64,000 nt of DNA from assembly GCA_964016885.1 (NCBI GenBank), contig OZ024764.1, forward strand, positions 11,346,001 through 11,410,000, written 5' to 3'. Below are positions 56,034 to 64,000 of the stretch, one piece after another. The position numbers were made by a program, and so were the translations under genes. The first letter of the stretch is position 1; each line of letters begins with the position of its first letter. Below the pieces are notes generated by a model that was not told the DNA's origin, made no database searches, and saw only the letters and a list, made by a program, of their open reading frames with translations. Source of the DNA: Eledone cirrhosa. Lineage: Eukaryota.

Positions 56034-56252
56034 TTATATATATATGTGCCTGTTTATTTATATATGCATCTCTCTCTCTCTATATATATATATATGTGTA
56101 TATATATATGAGTGTGTGTGTGTATATATATATACATATATACTTACATATGCATTTATATGTGTATATATATGTGTGTGTGTGTGTGTGTGTATATATA
56201 TAAATATGTATATATATATATATACATACACACACACACACATATATACATG

Positions 56253-56284
<32 letters not shown>

Positions 56285-56313
56285 CAGACACACATATATG
56301 TGTATGTGTGTGT

Positions 56314-56575
<262 letters not shown>

Positions 56576-56711
56576 TAATATATTGTTGCTTGAATATAGT
56601 GTTGTAATCACTAAAGGATCATGACTGAATCAACAATAACATCAGCTTGCTCTGGGAGACTCTGAGTACCTTGGAAGATATATGTCAGTTTGCCACAGAA
56701 CATACACACAC

Positions 56712-56750
<39 letters not shown>

Positions 56751-56764
56751 CACACACATTTATA

Positions 56765-56957
56765 TGTATTTATGTAAAAAGTAAACAGAAATTAAAACAC
56801 AATCGGTACAGTATATGGAAGGGATATATTTTCAACGGTAGTTCTTCATCAGAGGAAAGACTGGGAAATAAGATAGATTGAAGGAACGAGTAGGGTGGAA
56901 TTGGAAAAATTGTCTTTAGATAAAAATAACAGGTCCTTTCATGTTGCCATCTCTTGG

Positions 56958-56960
<3 letters not shown>
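56765..56960. repeat. Dispersed repeat, second copy at 57828-58060
   Basis: aaacagaa.ttaa.acacaatcggtaca.tatatggaagg...gttcttcatc...aaataagatagattgaagg is shared. Confidence 0.75.
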
Positions 56961-56992
<32 letters not shown>

Positions 56993-57039
56993 TATAGATA
57001 GGTAAATATACACGGGTGTGTATGATTGTGTATAGAAGA

Positions 57040-57345
57040 TTATATTAATAAGAGGAATTCCAACTTTGTCTGATTTACTCGTTTTATTTACAATCCTTTA
57101 AAATATATATAATATAATATGGTATTATAATGAAATAGTATGATAGAATATTGCAAACTCGACTGTTACCACATATCATGAACCTGAAGATTGCGAAAGC
57201 ATGAAAGTACTTGTTCAATTAACACTTAGAATTTAATATTCTATCATACTATTTCATTATAATACCATATTATATTATATATATTTTAAAGGATTGTAAA
57301 TAAAACGAGTAAATCAGACAAAGTTGGAATGCCTCTTATTAATAT
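57040..57345 (+). mobile_element. Inverted-repeat element (arms ~57040-57152 and 57235-57345) with an HHR in the spacer, family F
   Basis: Direct complementarity of the arms. Confidence 0.8.
57179..57217 (+). ncRNA. 39-nt minimal hammerhead ribozyme motif
   Basis: tgaac CTGAAGA t tgc gaaa gca t GAA AGTACT T gttca. Confidence 0.65.
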
Positions 57346-57572
57346 ATATATATATATATATTAATTAAAATAACAGATTAAAGTTTAAGCAAAGAATCGC
57401 TGCTTTCACCTTTAATCTGTTATTCAACTTTCAACTTTAATCTGTTATTTTAATAAATATTTGCTCTACGGTTCTTATATATTTGATATATATTTATCCT
57501 TATCGAGCCCTCTTTGGATTTTAGTCTTCAAATTTATTATTATTACTATATATATATATATATATATAGATA

Positions 57573-57794
57573 GATTTTGAGTATATGTTGGTTGTATACC
57601 AACACCTCAGTATGCAGGCTGGAGCACTCGACGAAGTGCGCGGGCTGGTTTGAGTACTCCGGAGTAATGTAAAATAAAGTTAAATAAAAAGTCAAATGTT
57701 TAAAATTTAGCTTCGTTTATTACTGCTATATATATTTCAGTGACAGCCATCTTTGGCTGTGACCTCTTCAGGCAGTCCGAATTAGTGTGGTATA

Positions 57795-57800
<6 letters not shown>
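57573..57800 (-). mobile_element. HHR element, family C (single arm)
   Basis: Reverse complement of ~54005-54230. Confidence 0.85.
57722..57776 (-). ncRNA. Minimal hammerhead ribozyme motif
   Basis: Identical to 53743-53797. Confidence 0.75.
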
Positions 57801-57832
<32 letters not shown>

Positions 57833-58342
57833 CTAAACAGAATTAACAACACAATCGGTACAATATATGGAAGGAATATATTAGTTTAATGCTTGAAATA
57901 GCAGGAAGAAGGTCTTAATATTTTGGACGCTAGTTCTTCATCTGGAGAAAGAATGGGAAATAAGATAGATTGAAGGGACGGGCGGAGCAGAATCGGAAAC
58001 ATATTTTTTTTTTAGCTAAAAATAACACGTCCATTCATGGGTGGCATCTCTTGGAAAACTGTAGATGCTGGCATTTTGTGTATGATATGCTTTTTTTTAG
58101 AAAAGTGGATGATGGAGCGTGTCTAGCTGAAAGGAAGAAACATAAACATTGTGTATATAGAGCTATATGTGTGCGCATGTGTGTATATATGTCTGTGTGT
58201 GTGTGTGTATATATATATATAGCTTGGGAGGCACACTATGGAAATGGAAAGCTTGAGTGACACAGTATGGCAATATGGAACTAGAGTAGGGTAGTATGGT
58301 CGTGGGGAAAATACGGCACTTCAGAGCCTGTGTGCCGCAATT

Positions 58343-58501
58343 GCTTAGTGGTTAGAGCATTGGGCTTGCAATGGAAAGGTTGTGAGTTCAATTCTCGGAC
58401 TGGGTGATGTGTTGATTCCTTGAGCAAGACACTTTATTTCACGTTGCTCCAGTTTACTCAGCTGTAGAAATGAGATGATAGGGACTGGGGTCCATATCAT
58501 T
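58343..58501 (+). mobile_element. SINE head and CORE
   Basis: gcttagtggttagagc...ccttgagcaagacac...gggactggggtcc. Confidence 0.85.
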
Positions 58502-58667
58502 AAATCACCGAAGACACCTCCAACGAGATATACCTTGGAGGAGGCCAGCTAAACCTGCATAGGTGGGAGCTGTCACACACACACACACACACAATATGGC
58601 ACAGTGGGGCTAGGGTGGCACACTATGGAAAGGGAAAGGTTGCGAGACTCTGTATGGCAATATGGAA

Positions 58668-59360
58668 CACCACCGCCAACAGCACCAACACCACCACAAC
58701 TACACACCACCACCAACAACAGAACGATCACCAACACCACCAACAACATCACCACCATAACTACACACCACCACCAACAACAGAACTATCACCAACACCA
58801 CCACCACCACCATCACCACCACCACCACAACTACACACCACCACCACCAACACCACCACCACCACCACCATCACCACCACCACCACCAACACCACCACCA
58901 ACAACACCACCACCACAACTACACACCACCACCACCAACAACAGAACTATCACCAACACCATCACCACCAACATCACCACCACCAACACCACCAACACCA
59001 CCACAACAACAGAACTATAACCAACACCACCACGACCACCACCACCACAACTACACACCACCACCAACAACAGAACTATCACCAACACCACCACCAACAT
59101 CACCACCACCAACAGCACCACCAACACCACAACTACACACCACCACCAACATCACCAGCACCACTACCACAATTACACACCACCACCAACAAGAGAACTA
59201 CCGCCAACACCACCACCAACGCCAAAAACAACAACAACAACACCACCACCACCACCAAAAACAACAACAACACCACCACCACCACCACCAAAAACAACAC
59301 CACCACCACCACCACCAGAAACAACACCACCACCACCACCACCACCACCACCACCACCAA
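58668..59360. repeat. (CAC/CAA)n array
   Basis: Direct reading. Confidence 0.9.
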
Positions 59361-59703
59361 AATTCTTTACTCTCAGAGTAATTCTTTGTAAGATGGAACA
59401 TAAAAGTGAATTTGGAGTTTGGTAGTTATTGGTCAAAACATAAATAAAAGGATAATGAGACCCAGTAGAGGGGGCCTAGAAAGGGGGTAGGGTGGGGCAG
59501 GAACGGCAGGGTGGAGGAATGGGGGACAGTCCATAAAATTTTAGTCCCTGTCATACCTTAACTGAATCTTTCCCAAGCTCTCTCCGAAATCTAATTAGTC
59601 GAAGCTTTAGTAGTTAGTACTAAAGCTACAACATGGCCGACTTGCCAATAACATATTCTGTTATATACATATATATATGTGTATATATATATGTATATAT
59701 ATG

Positions 59704-59734
<31 letters not shown>

Positions 59735-59755
59735 ATATATGTATATATATATGTG

Positions 59756-59790
<35 letters not shown>

Positions 59791-59853
59791 ATATATGTAT
59801 ATATATATGTGTGTATATATATATATATATGTGTGTGTGTGTATATGTATATA

Positions 59854-59896
<43 letters not shown>

Positions 59897-60013
59897 ATAT
59901 ATGTATATATATATGTGTATATATATATATATCTGTGTGTGTGTATATATGTATATATATATATGTATGTATATATATATATGTGTGTGTGTATATATGT
60001 ATATATATATGTG

Positions 60014-60044
<31 letters not shown>

Positions 60045-60395
60045 GTGTGTGTGTATATATATGTATATATATATATAAATTAATAAAAATAATGAATAAA
60101 AACAAAGAAACAGTTTCTTATATTATTTGGTAGATTTATCTACATATATATATATGTGTGTGTGTGTGTGTATATATATATATGTGTATATGTATGTATA
60201 TGTAGATATGTATGTATATGTATCTCTATATATATATTTATGTATATTTATATATATATATGTATCTGTATATATGTATATATATATATGTATCTCTATA
60301 TATATGTATATATATTTATATGTATGTATATATGTATGTATATATGTATATATGTATATATGTATGTATATATATGTATATATGTATATATGTAT

Positions 60396-60830
60396 GTCAG
60401 GTCACCAGTTGGTGCTACTGGTAACATGTATCCAAGTACAACCTGTCTCATGGTCGGGTCGTTGGCGACTAAACTGGCAACCCCACCAAGGTTTCTTGGT
60501 GAGGAGGGTGACTTTGGACATCCTGCAGGACTAAAAACAAAACCTGTCAAAAGGCAAAGGAGCTCTTAAGAGTCAATGGCCATCCAAAATCACCGGGAGA
60601 GATGACCCCTTAGCCTTTGTCAAGGCAGAATTCTAGGAGAAGGAAAACTCTGATATAACACCTGCAACCCTGATGGTATCCAATGATGTTGACTTGTTCT
60701 TCTTTTTGGTAAATATCATCTTGGTTAAGAGAGTGGGACTGGCTTTGTGCAGTGCCTTTGCTCACTATAAAAGCTTCACGGCACAGGCATTGCTTTATAT
60801 CTGGAGATCTCTCTGCACTTGTCGTCACAT
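60396..60830 (+). mobile_element. RTE 5'-UTR-like dispersed repeat
   Basis: Starts gtcaggtcac after (TATG)n exactly as at 31130; contains ctaggagaaggaaaactctgat. Confidence 0.65.
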
Positions 60831-61045
60831 GGTACCATGGGCCCAGCACTATGTGTCAATAATTGTCACAAGTGTAGTGTTTGTACCAGAGTTTTCAAGT
60901 CGCTGGCTGAGACTAAAAAGTCACACTCGTTCAGCGCATCGGTAGGGGTTCTCCTACATGGATATAAAGTAGTGGCTGTACTCGAAAACGAGTTGGCAGC
61001 CACCATATGTATGTATATATATGTATATATGTATGTATATGTATG

Positions 61046-61092
<47 letters not shown>

Positions 61093-61334
61093 ATATGTAT
61101 GTATATATATGTATATATGTATATATGTATGTATATATATGTATATATGTATGTATATGTATGTATATATATATATGTATATATATATGTATGTATGTAT
61201 GTATATATATATATGTATGTATATATATATATGTATACATGTGTGTGTATGTATATATATGTATGTATACATGTGTATGTATATATATATATATGTATAT
61301 ACATATATATATATGAATGATGATGATAATGATG

Positions 61335-61382
<48 letters not shown>

Positions 61383-61437
61383 ATGATGATAATGATGATA
61401 TATATATATATGATGATAATGATGATATATATATATT

Positions 61438-61479
<42 letters not shown>

Positions 61480-61485
<6 letters not shown>

Positions 61486-61790
61486 AATATCCATGGTAAG
61501 TTGTGGGGTCTAGTCTGCATGAAGAAAACAATGTAATCCATATGTTGAAAATGTAGGTTAAAATAAATCCCGGAAAATAATAAAACATCAAAAGGAAAAC
61601 AGAGTCATGATATAAGTTAAAACAATGAAATAAAAATTCAAGTCATTAGGAATATACTTCACTGCTTTACGATCGTTTCTAGGTGATGATAATACATCGT
61701 ACACATATTTCGTTATCAATCTATGTAAGGTTAGTTACAAAATATCAAATAAGGAATATATTTACCTACGTGTATATCGTCAGCCATTGT
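61480..61790 (-). mobile_element. Family D element (single arm)
   Basis: Homologous to 13110-13420, including tttacgatcgtttctag and atctatgtaa. Confidence 0.65.
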
Positions 61791-61976
61791 CAAATATATA
61801 TATATATATATATTTGTATATAAAATTGAGATAAGCGGGACAAACAAACTTCAAACAATCTTTCAAAATAAATTAAAAAAATGTAATTTAAATATTTACC
61901 TATCCATATTGCTTCTACCGACGGTTTAGCCTCAAAGATTGGAAATCCTAAGGACTTCCCTATATATATATATATT

Positions 61977-62029
<53 letters not shown>

Positions 62030-62031
<2 letters not shown>

Positions 62032-62257
62032 ATAATAATAAATAATTTGAAGACTAAAATCCAAAGAGGGCTCGATAAGGATAAATATATATCAAATATA
62101 TAAGAACCCTAGAGCAAATATTTATTAAAATAACAGATTAAAGTTTAAGCAAAGAATCGCTGCTTTCACCCTTAACGGTTAGATCCCGTTAAGATCCTGT
62201 AAAGGGTGAAAGCAGTGATTCTTTGCTTAAACTTTAATCTGTTATTTTAATAAATAT
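62030..62257 (-). mobile_element. Inverted-repeat element (arms 62118-62257) plus tail; related copy at 57362-57548
   Basis: Shared taaaataacagattaaagtttaagcaaagaatcgctgctttcacc and tail atcgagccctctttggattttagtcttc. Confidence 0.75.
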
Positions 62258-62428
62258 ATATATATATATATATTGGTAAACGGAATAGAAAATGCTGACA
62301 AATGCTTGACAAATTGTTCACAGTGAAAAATAGTTTAATTAGGAATAAGTGAGAATTAGTAATAGTATTGGTTAGTATTCAGTTTTGGTTTTAAGCTTTA
62401 CCGGTTGCGCATTTCTAATGCTTTTCAA

Positions 62429-62508
62429 AAATAATTTTGAGATAGAGCGTCCGTGATGTTTGCTCTGATCAGAGCAAACATCACGGACGCTCTATCTCAA
62501 AATTATTT
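62429..62508. repeat. Perfect 80-bp palindrome
   Basis: Centred on ctctga|tcagag. Confidence 0.9.
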
Positions 62509-62511
62509 GAA

Positions 62512-62650
62512 ATGTCCACTTTTCCCTGCTTGCAAGGGTGGGACGTGAACTGATTCTGGCTTGATTTCTACAGCTGGATGCCCTTCCTAACACCAACCTC
62601 ATTTACTGAGTGGGATGCTTTTTTGCCGTGGCACCTCCACGACCACTTTG
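62512..62650 (-). mobile_element. SINE 3' half, tail A
   Basis: tttccctgcttgcaagggtggg...ggatgcccttcc. Confidence 0.85.
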
Positions 62651-63193
62651 CTAATATATATATATGTTTGTATGTATATATATATATGTCTGTATGTATA
62701 AATATATATATATATAAATATATATATATTCTGCGTTTCTGTTTCACCATTTTACTCCAACCTTCTGTGTGTGTTTGTGTGTATACATGTGTGTAATACG
62801 TGTGTATATATATCTATATATATATATATATGTATATATATACACATATACATACATATATCACAAATGCATTGTAATGTAATCTATTGTATAGTATTCT
62901 CAAATGTGAAACACAGCTTCAGAAAAAGATGGACAGTAAATTTTACTGAAGACAGGAGGAAAGGGGGAGATAATTCTCTTTATGGAACTCTTCAGTAGTG
63001 GGAGTCCTATTGTATTTAGCTATTCCCTCAGTTATCTTTAATCACACACTGGCACAGTCACATACACATTCATATACACACATACGCACATGTAAATGTG
63101 TAAATATATATACATATATACAATTTAGTTTAGTGCCTTCAACACGTTTATATATATATATATGTGTGTGTGTGTATATATATATATATGTAG

Positions 63194-63234
<41 letters not shown>

Positions 63235-63398
63235 TATATGAATATATATATATATGTGTATATATATATATATATTTAATCACTTAAGTATATTGATGTA
63301 GATACACACATGCATGCAACATATATATTTACACACACATACACATGCATAAATATATATACATACACACACTTATAAATATATATATACATACATAT

Positions 63399-63467
<69 letters not shown>

Positions 63468-63520
63468 CACATATAAATATATATATATATATATACATAC
63501 ACACACTTATAAATATATAT

Positions 63521-63551
<31 letters not shown>

Positions 63552-63563
63552 TGAAACACACAC

Positions 63564-63650
<87 letters not shown>

Positions 63651-63849
63651 TATATATATATATATATATTCATGCACACACACACACACACACACACATA
63701 TTTAATCTTATACACATACACACACACATATATTTACACATATATACATACATATGTTTCCTCGTCCCGTAGGTACCAACAATGAATGTATCTATTGATA
63801 AAATCCTTAGTACAAGTCACCAAGCATTTCACAAGCATGTGGACTCTTA

Positions 63850-64000
63850 GGTACATGGCTTAGTGGTTAGAGCATTGGGCTCGCAATCGAAAGGTTGTGA
63901 GTTCAAGTCTCAGACCGGGTGATGTGTTGTTTCCTTGAGCAAGACACTTTATTTCACGTTGCTCCAGTTTACTCAGCTGTAGTGAAGGCACATGGCTTAG
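63850..64000 (+). mobile_element. SINE head and CORE followed by the start of another SINE head
   Basis: catggcttagtggttagagc...; gtgaaggcacatggcttag at the window end. Confidence 0.85.

Noticed and set aside
56820-56856. Minus-strand CTGATGA...GAAA possible hammerhead
   Set aside because: Helix I cannot be formed and the paralogue at ~57920-57942 lacks the core; at best a decayed motif
60410-60510. Twister or HDV ribozyme assignment
   Set aside because: TAAC and GAGGAGGG resemble twister, but the pseudoknot pairings could not be established

Overview
Repeat-saturated eukaryotic DNA that is probably intronic or intergenic. It is most likely from an octopod cephalopod, inferred from tRNA-headed CORE-type SINEs, RTE/CR1 LINE remnants and extreme (TA)n/(CA)n/triplet microsatellite density. 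No convincing host gene is present, and nearly all listed ORFs are microsatellite read-throughs. The main signal is a dispersed population of short elements inserted in (TA)n tracts. Each is built as a long inverted repeat plus a one-sided tail and carries minimal hammerhead-ribozyme (HHR) motifs: CUGA(U/A)GA, helix II, GAAA, a palindromic helix-III remnant and an NUH site. By eye I count 16 canonical-core HHR motifs in at least 5 sequence families, plus a candidate non-canonical variant. This architecture fits truncated or non-autonomous Penelope-like retroelements. Other observations are a SINE and RTE-LINE sharing the same 3' tail, RTE-SINE chimeras in inverted orientation, several minisatellites born from TE fragments, a TTAA-flanked piggyBac-like MITE and a hAT-like MITE. 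All coordinates were read by eye and may be off by a few bases.
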